64,000 nucleotides of DNA, taken from the NCBI GenBank assembly GCA_973895155.1, contig OZ316898.1, positions 6,497,079-6,561,078 on the forward strand, written 5' to 3'. Each line of letters begins with the position of its first letter. The first letter of the stretch is position 1. Under the pieces are notes generated by a model. It was not told the origin of the DNA. It searched no databases and saw nothing but the letters and a program-made list of their open reading frames with translations. Below, piece by piece: positions 28,783 to 40,609 of this stretch. The stretch is from Marsupella aquatica (taxonomy: Eukaryota; Plantae; Marchantiophyta). Both the position numbers and the translations under genes were made by a program.

Positions 28783-29113
28783 TGGCTCTGTCCTACGGAT
28801 CCGGTGTCCTTTAGAGCTCTCTATAAGTGCACATCCCATAAGTGCTTGATAATTGCAAGGTGTTCTGTTTTTCCCCTTTTCGGACCATTTGCACATTTTT
28901 TGCAGTTTCTGTATATCGAAAGAGAATAGCACTGACAGAAAATATGTAAGTGCATAGGGCCTCTGGATGTCCCGCTTTTCGTCCAGTTTGGAAGGCTCTG
29001 TCCGACGGACTCTAATCTCTGGTGTCCTTTAGAGAGGTGGAGCTCTCTATAAGTGCTCACCTCATAAGTGCAAGAGCATGATAGTTGCAAGGTATCTTGG
29101 TTTCCGCTTTTTT
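28783..29113. repeat. Degenerate direct repeat pair (about 100-120 bp units, about 210 bp apart), probable TE remnant
   Basis: GGCTCTGTCC..CGGA..GGTGTCCTTTAGAG..CTCTCTATAAGTGC..CATAAGTGC..TGATA.TTGCAAGGT occurs at about 28783 and about 28993. Confidence 0.6.
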
Positions 29114-32100
29114 TGCAGGCCTGTTGAGGGGCATCTCTGTGCCGGGCCCTTCCATTAGGACCCCACTAGTGTTTCCTTTTGTGTTTTGAATGGTTGCACT
29201 TATGGAGAGCCGAGAAGCCTCCTCTTAGCAAAAAAATAATACTGAATTTATATGGTCACTCTATGACCCTTAGATGTATGTATGCTCATATCTGGAGCGT
29301 TGATTTTGGTGAATAAGTAACTCCTTTACTTATAAGAAAAGTAAAACCTTAAAAAAGAAGTAAAACCCAGTAAAAAGGAGGAGCTAAATGGCCAGACCAC
29401 ATGTAGTTGACGACAAAAATTCACCCGGAGACTAAAAACATTCAGTCCCAAGGACAAGGATAAAATCGGGGAGCAAAAGGGTTAAGCAAAAGCAAATTGA
29501 GGCCACCCTCACATCCGAAGTCACGCGCATGTGCCCAATCAACTCTTGCTTACACTCCACAGCCAAAGAAAGATTCACAATCCCTTGATTCCAAGCCATC
29601 TTCATATGTAGACTAATTTTTCAAACTGCTATATCATCAGCTTTAATCCTGTAACCAAGATCTGCAGCCCTTCTTTGTCTAAGGTGCATCTGGCCTTGAC
29701 AAATCTGCCAATTCGTGATTACTCTAACAATATGCCAGAGTATAAGCGGAAACCCCTTCAGACTGACAGGCTAAATGTGAAACTTCTTAAAACCTTGTTT
29801 ACCCTCTTGGTATCATTCAAAGGCCCCTCACCTACAGTACTAGAAAGGAAATATTATCAGGGTGTCTCACATATAAGGTTTGAGTAATTTTCCGCGCCCG
29901 GGCCTCCAGACAGGACTGGTTGGGCACCTATTGTGGTGCCGGACCAGTCACTCCCGGGAAAGCTCCCCCCGACCGGGATTACAAAAAATGAACAAGGAAC
30001 AAAAGGCTAACAAACAATAGGCCATTGGCATTTGCACCCGCAACTCGTGTCATAATTCAGTACTAAAAAAAATGTTGGCCCGCATCAACCCTGTCGCAGT
30101 GTGCCCGACTGCATCTCAGGCCGCCCGTGTATGAAGCTTTTTTTTCATATATAAGACGTCCTATTATTGAATCCCAGGGTCTCTTTCCGTCCACAACCGT
30201 CGATGCCGTGGGCACCGACGCTATGCCAACGGGACCACAAAAAGACACCAACAACTCTAGAGTTTCCGTCGACTCTCCGATCCCGTCCGCCAACAAGCTG
30301 GATGGACGGCGATGCGGGCCCTGTTGAGACTCCCGTCGTGTCCCCGAAACGGCCCTTTCGTGCTTTCGTCTACTATGGTCTCTTCTCCTTGGGTTCGGGG
30401 ACGCAGTACCGTAACGCGAATGCTCACGTAACCACGCTGTGCCTGGGTTTAGCTGACTACAGTCCTACAGTAGGCGACGACCCGGACACGGCAACCGCCG
30501 GGCCTACGGTTTGCGATCGGTACTGGACAGCCAACAGATTGCCGTTGATTGGAAGATCGGTCGGTTGCTGGTACCGGCAAGATCCGGTTCGCTGCGGCTA
30601 AGAACACGGCACCGGCAAGTGGCCAGCGTAGGCACTGATCAGCAGCCGGCCGGACAGACTTTCGCTGTCGGGAAACTGCCGTCCTTTGGAGCTTTTGAGA
30701 TAGTATCTGTTCTCGGGAATTTAATCGCTTCACATTTTTAGAGCCTTGTGTAATATTGGATACTCATAAATCATTTATTTTATTTTTATTTTTGGAAAAA
30801 GCGGGGGAGCGGGACCGTCAAAACAGGCGTGGGGAGCAACAACCACCCAGCAAGGGAAACAGAGGGGACCCAACACAGGGTCATAAATAATTACCATCTT
30901 CCCTAACACAATGCCTGGGTGTTGGGTGTTGCACTTTTTTGTCCCAGTAAGAAAAAGTTGTTTCATGTTTCAACTCGAGCATGTTAGAATGGCCTTGTGT
31001 TCGAGTTGAAACAACCTGTTGAAACAACTTTTTCTTACCGGGATCAAATAAGACGTTGTGCTGGTAGGCCCATACCATATAGTGGATACAAAAGTGGTGT
31101 ATTGGTATATCTAATGGTGCTAAAGAAACCATTTTATTTGATGAGTAGGCAGGATCGGCTTCCGCCTTGCTCATTTTGTAAATGGATAGAATAAGTGTGG
31201 GAAGGATAGGGTAGTATTGTGTTTGAAGATTGATTCCCTCTTGATTAATAGCTTAGATTTTATTTTTCATTGTTTCTATCAATCACGATGTTCTTGAGTA
31301 CATTAGTGCAACTGCAAGGGGGTGGGTCCTCCTTGGTCCTCACCCTCCTCCCCTCCTGCCCATGGATGGAACAGGGGAGGATCCTCCTAGTTCCTTGTGG
31401 ATGGGAGCTGGACCACTTTCCCGTACCCATTTGCACTCCCCTCCCCCTTTCCATTTCTTATTTGCTTCCCATTTTGCTTCCCTCTTTCTTTGGCCAGGAA
31501 ACCAATAGAGTCTGAAAGACGACCACAATAAAATAGGCGGGATCTCTACTTATGGTTTTTGATGGCTAAACAGGCATTTAGTTGGAAGATTTTCCGAGCA
31601 ATGATGGGCAGAGGGCACGTGCTCTACGAAGTTTAGCAGGGTACCTATGCTTAGCTAATCTAAGCTTGTGTCTATGCTTGGTCCAATTTAGATCCTTAAT
31701 TTTGTTAGCTTGACGAAAAGGTGTCCCTTAAAGAGCCACTAGCCATGACAAAAACATGGTTCCAAAAATTTCACCATTTTAGTATGTTTTCCTGAAATTG
31801 AGGAGCAAAACCTTGCAGGAGAGGAATGGGAAAAAGGTAGAAGTTTGGACACTCCTCCTTTTATATGGCCAGTGGTGGTTTAAGAGCATCCCCATGGACC
31901 AGGAGCTGCCTACATTCCTGACTAGACAATGAGAATGATGTTCTAGGGATTTTAATTTTATACAGATTGTCTGGTTCATAGGTTAATGGATCTGATTATG
32001 ATTAAATATCTTCTCAAGATATAGATGTAGTCAAATAAGATCTAATCATAGTATATCTCTCACTTCGTAGCTATAAAGTGTGACGAGAAGCTAGAGTTCG

Positions 32101-32129
32101 CATGTAGGCTTCTGGAGTGACATCTCTAG

Positions 32130-32427
32130 CCAGGTTTGGACTTGCTCGGCAAATAGAGGCTTTAGAGTCCGTCAACTGGCAACTCTTCACCCGGATCGTC
32201 CCAGCTGCCCGATCTTGACTTCCCGGCCCTTCGCGGTCCGGCCCGGCCATACCTCCCGGCCCCAGTCGGCTCACACCCTGCCCCGACCCCGGCCTGTCCC
32301 GGCCCAGCCCTGCACCCGGCCTGGGGAACAACAAGGAATATCCGACATTTGGGCCGATTTTCGCCCAGCAAATGACGAGTTTATGTGTCCGACAACTCAG
32401 CAAGTTGCCCATCCACTTCAAACCTGG
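32130..32427. mobile_element. Non-autonomous hAT element (MITE, 298 bp) related to the 52618-62470 transposon
   Basis: TIR CCAGGTTTG...CAAACCTGG with a perfect 8-bp TSD ATCTCTAG (32122-32129 and 32428-32435). The first about 70 bp and last about 100 bp align by eye with the ends of the large element. CCCGG-rich interior. Confidence 0.92.
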
Positions 32428-32884
32428 ATCTCTAGACATGATTCTAGGGCCCCACCATGTGGATGGAAAGAATGATAGATATGATCTATGTCAAATGATA
32501 ATTGTGCATATTTTTTGTCATTGTTTCTATTTACATTCAAAAAACAGGAATTCAGGCTCTACCCCTAAAGAAGTAGAACTAACACATTTGTCTTGTGCAA
32601 AAGCTGTACTGCCCTCACTCATAGAAATGAGGTGGTGCTCCACTTGAAAGTCTTAGAACCACCATCCTGACCGGTGGAGAACTCGGCCAATTTAGTTGTA
32701 TTGGAGTTTCACTCCAATGAAATCTTATCCTGTCTATAGTCTGACCTGCGGGGGTGCTCTATGACCATTGATCCACCTCATATTAGAGCTTCCCAACCAA
32801 TACAACTAACATCTTCTCTCAATAAAAATGTATTTTAATAGCTTTTATCTTGTGGGGAGTAAACATTCCCACTGTCGGTTCTTG

Positions 32885-33120
32885 GGGTGGCTTTACAAGA
32901 TTTTGGGAGCTCATTGCTTCGTTTCTTTCCATCTGAGATTAAACCAATCTGGACTAAATCAATCTGGACTGTGCAATGAGTGAAAATGGCTTCATTTGAC
33001 TTTACAAGAACTGAAGGCCCATTCAAGTATAGCCATGTGAGATTAAATCTGGACTGTGCAAAGAGTGAAAATGGCAACATTTGGCTTTACAAGAACTGAA
33101 GCCCCATACAAGTATGGTGT
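32885..33120. mobile_element. Truncated copy of the Tourist-like MITE family seen at 13193, with an internal duplication of about 90 bp
   Basis: Begins GGGTGGCTTTACAAGA, identical to the 13193 TIR. AATCTGGACTGTGCAA.GAGTGAAAATGGC...CTTTACAAGAACTGAAG occurs twice. No matching right TIR was seen. Confidence 0.5.
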
Positions 33121-35907
33121 CTACCTATCCTAGACGGCAAACAGCTGTGGTGGAGTACTTATTTTGACTAGAATTGTAGGGATTGGGTTTTTGAGAATCC
33201 TCAGGACATCTTTGTGCAGTAGATCTGTTCCTTTACCTCGCCTCAATTGGATCAGCAGCACGACTGTTTTGAGAACCTCAATTGGATCAGCAACTGTTTT
33301 GAGAAAACTGTTGTGAGACGGGAGATCTCCAGTCGAATCGCAGTTCGAATTTGGGATAGCGCAGCTCGGCTCACTTAGCTGGCTCAGTTCAGCTGAATTG
33401 CAAGTGATAGATCAAGGTTTGTGCGAGAAAATTCGAGGAATAGATGTGTTCAATCAGAGTCCCTTCTCAGGATTCCTCCTCCTCGCCACCAAGATCTCTG
33501 CTGAATCCAAGGATTCAGCAGAGCCCGGGAATGGCTACCCCAAATCCCGGGCTGTCGCAAGCTAACAATGTTTGTAGACCTCACAATCTGCTAAGAATTA
33601 CTCATCGTAGCTCACTATTTAATTTTGCTTAAGATGGGAGCTGGTACCGAGCTATGTGTAGCTGCGTGCTGACGAATCCAGTGACTCCTATTATGTTCGC
33701 GTTACCACTTTTACATGGCCTCTCGCGATGTCCTTTGGGCAGAGAATTCCACCCTAGCTATACTCGATGTTCTTCTGGATTTCAACCCTAAATTGCTGGG
33801 CAACAATACTAGTCAACTCTTCGTGCCTCCGGAAGCGGGACCGAATCTCGTTTTAAGCCCGAGATACATTTTCGTCACCCCATCCTGGTTCAAGTCTTGT
33901 TTCAATTCTTCGATGGCGTCTCCTGCTGTCTGCAATTATGTGCATTTGCCTATTTTTTTCAGACATGTAAAACTTTAAAGGATGTCTCCGTTTGTGAGCG
34001 ATTGCCCTTCACAATCTAGATCAATTTTGTTTCCACTTGCTTCAAATATTTGTTCTGAAGGAATTGTCGAGCTGCCCAATTTGCTACATTCACTGTCTGC
34101 ATATCACTTGTTCACAAGTTCTTCGTTGAAGAAATGTTGTCAATTTTTCGTTTGATCTGCAGGAAAGGTTTCTTTCTTGGAGGGCGATAAACAAGAGCAA
34201 TTGCGCCAAAGTATTTCAGAGGGTAATGTGCAGGTATTACGGTCGTTGCTTTTGAGATTTGAAAGGAACAAATTCCTTCTTTTTCCTTTCAAAACTTGGA
34301 GTTTTGATTCTCAAGTTTGGATGGCAAAGCTGGGATAATTCTTGAAAGCGTACAGCATTTCTTAATTCTTAGTGCAGGACAAAGTGATCCTGGAGAAGCT
34401 ACTGCTACTGCTATGCTTATAGGGGTTCTCCAATTGTTACGTTGAACTGAGAGTCCTCTGCCCGGGCAAGGTTTCCCCAACAGAGCCTTCGCCCAGTGAA
34501 TTTTCTTTCCTTACTCCAAGGGGAAGGAAAGATGAGACTTGAAATTTGCGTGCTCTGCAAGATTGCACTACTTATACTGATTTGAAAGTTTGTCAAGCAG
34601 GTACGATCATATTTCTCACAACTGTATCGTTAAGCTCTCTACTCCCGGGACGGGAACGGAGCTGACTTGATGGAAATTTTAAATATGGGCCGCTTTAGGC
34701 AACCCTCCACAGCCAGGTATGATTAATTTTTATGCATGTCATATTGTTGGAATATGATGTGATCAAACATCCTTGAATACATTCTCAACAAAGACGTTTG
34801 ATTTGCAGAGTTCATGCTTCATCTTCCGGTTTGATTGGCATTGGCATCAGCCATTGTTCTTGTACAAGGCCTCCAGGTAATGAGACTGAAGAGTGATTTC
34901 AACGTTGTGCGTACCAACTTTTAAACAAAAATACTTGTTCCAGCACCACGGTGGGATATTTATATTTGCGTGATATTTCCTGCTATGAGGCTTATGTGAT
35001 GAAGACTTGACTTGAACTTCAAGTTTGATTCTTTGTTCATCGCCAAGGAAGCACAGGGAAGGCAGGGTCGGGGGGCTGTCACATTCATGTCATATGTGTC
35101 TGTCGACGGATTCTATAAGAGCCAAACATAAAAGAATGCTTTATGTCTGAATTGTAGGAGAGGGAGGGGGAGCGCGTTCACATCCATGTCATTTGTGTCT
35201 AATCACAATGGATTCTCTAGAGCCAATCTACAGATGCTGCCTAGGCTTTATTTCTGAATTAGATTCTCCTTTCAAAATCCTGAGATTATGGTTTGTGTAT
35301 TGCACAGACAGGACAGTGTAGGGAACCTACGAATGAACGCCTGCAAGGTGCCCTAAGAGTCTATCCTTTACACAAAACAAGGATAACATGTGACTCCTAG
35401 CTGAAGGTTTTTTAGGTGCCAATTCGATTCGACAGGCTCTTGACTCTGTCCTTTCTATAGTAATAGTGAAATACCGGAGTATGAAGGAGCTAAGCTTGAG
35501 CTACCTGGATATGCCTTTCACAATTATACCGGTATTCTATTCTAAGATCATTGCATTCTTGACAGATAGCTGTTACTCTCAGTTGAAAAGTAGTCAGATA
35601 ACTTTTGCAAGTTATCTGTACCAAAGATCACAGCAGAGCACGGGAGACAAGAAAATACATCTTCGGAAGGAGGTAGGAATGCACGCTAGAACTCCAGAGA
35701 CTTACCGGTCTGCTCTCTACTTTTGGACATTCATTGTAGAAGATCATTGGGAAACATAGTCTTCAAGGAATAAGTACAAATTCATAGCATCTCGTGGAAT
35801 CTCCTGGATTTTATCCTGCTCACAGATCTGATCGTGGGTTGTGGTACTGACAGAGGAAGCCCAGAGCACCCAAGTTCAATCGTAAGCTGACAAGGAAAGC
35901 ACTTTGG

Positions 35908-37899
35908 GTGGATGGATGGTCAGCTCCAGCATGGGTTAAGGCAAGGGCGAATTTGATTACTCACAGCAGATTTCATTCTCATGCTAGTTATTCCACAAGA
36001 GATCGGTCTCAAGTCACTGCGAAAGGGAATGGCAGTAGGCATATGCATGATGCTGGTACCACGAGTGAAACAATTGCTGTTTTGAAAAATCGTCTACAGC
36101 GAGGCATTACTATAGACTCGTACACATATGTCGAAGTTCTGCAAATGTGCTTGCAACAGAAAGACCTTTCAGCAGCCAAGCAAATTCATGAATGCATCAT
36201 CGAGAGTGGAATGGATAAGAATCCATATGTGGCAATCACGCTCTTGAATGTGTATATAAAATGCGGAGGATTGTTAGATGCGCGTCGAGTATTTGACCAA
36301 CTTGAGAAAAAGAGTGTTGTTACTTGGAGCGCGATGATAGCAGGATATGCTAACAGTGATTGTGCTGATTCTGTACCGGAACTTTATAATCAAATGCGCC
36401 AAGAAGGCGTGCAGCCTAATGAGATCACATATCTGAGCATCCTGAAAGGATGTGCCAGCCCATTAGCTCTAACATGCGGGAAAGAAATCCATGAGCGTAT
36501 TCGACATGCCGGCTTTGAATCCGACGTGCGTGTAGGCACTGCCCTCCTACTGATGTACGCAAAATGTGGGTGCATCACCGAGGCAAGGATGGTTTTTGAA
36601 AAGTTGACCAATCGAAATCTCATTACATGGAATATTATGATTGGAGCATATGCAGAGCGTGGTGATGGTGTGGAAAGCACATCGACTGTTTCTACAAATG
36701 CGACGTGAAGGCTTCGAACCAGATGCATTTACTTATGTTAGTATTCTCAATGCATCTGCAAGTGAGGGTGCTTTGGAATGGGTGAAGGAAGTTCACGGCC
36801 ATGCTCGCAAAGCGGGACTGGATTCATATTTGCGTGTGGGTAGTGCACTGGTTCACATGTATGCACAGAGCGGCAGTATAGATGACGCCCGACTGGTTTT
36901 TGACAGAATGAGGAAACGCGACGTAGTCACATGGAATGTAATGATCGGTGCACTTGCAAAACACGGATGTGGGGATGAAGCATACAGACTGTTTCTTCAA
37001 ATGAGACGTGAAGGCTTCGAGCCAAATGCGATCACTTACGTGAGCATCCTGAATGCATCTGCAAGTGCGGGTTTGACAGAATGGGGAAACGCGATTAGTC
37101 ACATGGACTGTAATGATCGGTGGACTTGCACAACATGGATGTGGGCATGAAGCATATCGACTGTTTCTCCAAATGAGACGTGAAGGCTTCGCACCAAATG
37201 CAGTCACTTATGTGAGCATCCTGAGTGCATCTGCAAGTGAGGGGGCTTTGGAATGAATGGGGAAACGCGATGTAGTCACATGGGCTGTAATGATCGGCGG
37301 ACTTGCAACATGGATGTGGGGCTGAAGCCCTGGACCACTTCAGAAAAATGACCTTAGACGCTGTGAAGCCCAACGTGTATTCATTCGTGGCAGTGTTGTC
37401 AGCCTGTTGTCACGGAGGCCTTGTTGATGACGGTCGTAGAGTCTTTTCAGCTATGAGCACCATGATGCAAGACAGAGGTATTCGGAAGGAGCCAGGGCTT
37501 AGCTGGATTGAAGTTGATAAGAAGATCCATAAATTTGTTGTAGGGGATAGATCTCACCCAGAAGCGAGGGCGATATACACGGAACTCAATAAATTGATTG
37601 AAAATTTGAAGGCTGAAGGCTACGTTCCGGACACCAGACTTGTGTTGCACGACATCAATGAGAAGGATAAAGAACTAGCTCTTTGCTCTCATAGTGAGAA
37701 GTTGGCCATTGCTTACGGACTTATGCACATACCTCGGGGAAAACCAATTCGTATATGGAAGAACCTTCGGGTGTGTTCAGATTGCCATACCGCTACCAAG
37801 TTTATCTCTAAGGTGACGGGACGCGAGATTATAGCCAGGGACGCCAATCGCTTTCACCATTTTAAAGATGGCATATGTTCTTGTGGCGATTACTGGTGA
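35908..37899 (+). pseudogene. PLS-class PPR protein with a DYW deaminase domain (organellar C-to-U editing factor), disrupted by frameshifts and internal deletions
   Basis: P-L-S repeats (VVTWNVMIG...EAYRLFLQMRREGFEPDAFTYVSIL...VGSALVHMYAQSGSIDDARLVFDRM) are spread over three ORFs in shifting frames. PG box KEPGLSWIEV, HSEKLA, KNLRVCSDCH and terminal DYW* are intact. Frameshifts at about 36675, 37095 and 37305. Confidence 0.9.
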
Positions 37900-40609
37900 C
37901 CAGATTGAAAGTTGTCTTCGAAAGTGACTCAAAAATCAAAAAGCCAAGAAAGAACAATTTTAAGCACTGTATTCTTTCAGTTTTGCGAAGTTTGTGAAGC
38001 GCAGGTTGGAGAAGGGATACATGAGGAGAGAGCTGGCCCCTTTTGGCTACTGTCTACTCCCTAAACCCTGAACAGTGACGAAGTAACCTTCTCCTCCCTT
38101 ACAATTTGGGTGGGCAGTGTACGGTACTTCTTTTCCACATAGATCTCCTTCAATGTACCGTGAATTCTCGTGAAGTTCGTGGTCGTTTGCCATCCTGTAC
38201 ATTTTGAGTATTGAGCGAACTTTGACGATGGCAAGCATAATTGCCACCAAGCTCCTGCAGTAAGTTGGCTTCGAGGTGCTCTCTGCTGGGGCAATCGGGA
38301 CAGGACCTCCCAGCTGCGTCGTCGTCCCGGTCGAACAAGCAGTGTGAGAGAATCCACGATCTCTCTGCCTAAAAATCTCGTGAACCTGTGGGTTTCCTTC
38401 CTGTCCGCTGCGATTTCTCTTCACAACCAAGGGCCCTCGGCGATTTCTCTTTGCAGACAAGGGCCCTGCTGGTGGACAGTGTATTCGGGAGATCCTTCAG
38501 TGGACTCTTGGAAGGTCTAGAGGTGATACTCGTTGATTGGGAACTTTCTGGACGGTTCAAGCTGTTGGGAGTATGCTGTGCCTATGTTCCCATGGACCAA
38601 ATGGGAAAATGACTGGGATCGCTGGATCGCAATTTTTTAGTCGAACACTTGTTGGAATGGTCTTGGATGAATACATACCTTCTCAGAGTATGTTCATGAT
38701 GTGAGGAAATTGTGAAGTTTTCCTCTCCAATCCATGCGAATTGAGCAAAACAACTTCGTTCTGAATAAATCGTCGCTGATATACAAAGGAGAACATTAGG
38801 CGAGGGCTTTACGTAAGAGAGGACAAGATGTTGCACATATCAGATCACGTGCAATTGTGCACCTCCTTGACTTGTATTGGTAGTGTCGGAGAGCCAGGGG
38901 TATTTCGTTTCAGATCAGGAAATCATGGTTCCTCTGTTTAAGTGGAATGATTTCCAGCTTTTGCTTTATTGCTGACAGATTAAGAAGGAAAGATCATCTT
39001 CAGGCTACTTAATGCTAATTAGCTGATTAATCCAAAGTAGTTGCCACTGCCTGCCTATGCCAGATCATCTCAAGGCTATCAATGCTTATTAGCATTGAAT
39101 AATCCTAAGTAGCTGTCCACTGCCTGCCTATGCCAGATCCGATTATAAGTAAAAATATCAAGCTTGAGCGGTTGCTGCCATCACCTGGCCCCAGGCTGGG
39201 TGATAGAGTACCTTAGTGGGGTTGGGCAGGTCCTGGGTTTGAAACCTGTTGGCTCTTAAGCAATTTGACTCTAAGAAAAAATGTGCACTCAAAGGGCAGT
39301 GAAGGTGGGCAGATGTGTATGGGAGACTCTTAATGAGCCTCGAGATTGCTTTACTCGCTCAGTAGCTGCTGTGTCTGCCGTGAACTCATTATGGTTCCTC
39401 TATATAAAGTGGAAAGACTCCTCACATTTTGTTTTAGTTTTGACAGCTGAGGTGTAGCGAACTCATCCTACTTTTGGCCGTCCAAAGGGAATGTCTTTGG
39501 GCATTTTTCGAAGTTGTGTAGTACAAGTTCTGTCAGGATGAACCCTCATATCCTAATCATCTTACCATCTTCAGCTCAAAGGTTTTGAAGCAGGTCTTTC
39601 TATTATCAAACACTAATAGACTTGCTTGGGCACTTTCTAAAGTAGTGTAGTACAACATCTTACTCCTTCACTGTTGGCAGTCTTTACTTCCGCAACAGTA
39701 AGTGGTCGTTGCTTCCAGGGACGAGCTATTACTATGTCAAATTATAAACATTGGCAAATTCATGAAGCCGTTTCTTTTTAATCCAGCTCACTAACATACA
39801 ATAATTGGTAGTTCATGTCCTTTCAATTAAGTAACAAAATTAGTTCCAGCTATGTATCGTGTCTCAACATTTCTGTTCAAGTCCGTTAGCGTTCCACATC
39901 TTATTTTAAAGTTCACCTGTTTGTCACTTGTAGTCCAATGATATCTCGACTCTTACATTTTTTTTGTCTTAAAGAGGGCCCTTTCGTCTGCTTGGAGTAA
40001 AGCTCTCTCAGGTTCTCCAGGAACGATTCGGGGACAGGTTTATGAGTGAAGGTTCACTGAGACTTGGGTTGAAATAGGACACATCGACCAATTGTTAATG
40101 TCCAGAATTTGAATTACGTGAGTTAACCAGAATCCTGTGGCATACCCCACATGTTGTGGCCTCTGGTGCTTTTCAGACTAACCATGTGGTGGTGAACTAC
40201 TATTCACCAAACTATATATACACATAAACTGAATGTATCGAATCTGTTAATCAGAACTTTTCAGCAATATCCACCAGTCTCTTTCCACGTTGCATGACGG
40301 TGTGGTAGTGTGTGGTAGTTCACTTGAGTTGAGACTCCTAGGTTTAGAGTTCAAGAGTTAAGACTCATAGTTCTTGAGTTCAAATGTTGAAGCTGACTGT
40401 TCCCTTTCTAGAGGGTTTCATAGATTTACTCTCAAAATATTACAAAATTGTTCCCTTTCTGTGGTGTTTCATAGATTTACTCTTAAAATATACCCCAAAA
40501 ATATCGGTTCTTGGCAAAGTTGCTCAACTTCTACATCATTTCCTTATTTCCTTCCAGAATTCCGGCAACTTTTCTTCGTTGTACGTTACTGCAAACCCAT
40601 GCTGAGGCC

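Noticed and set aside
29890-31520. GC-rich stretch with several 60-144 aa ORFs; possible TE
   Set aside because: No matching TIR/TSD pair, LTR or transposase motif could be found by eye.
38047-38612. Overlapping minus-strand ORFs downstream of the PPR gene
   Set aside because: No recognisable domain or consistent splice structure. It may be a decayed gene, but I cannot support a call.
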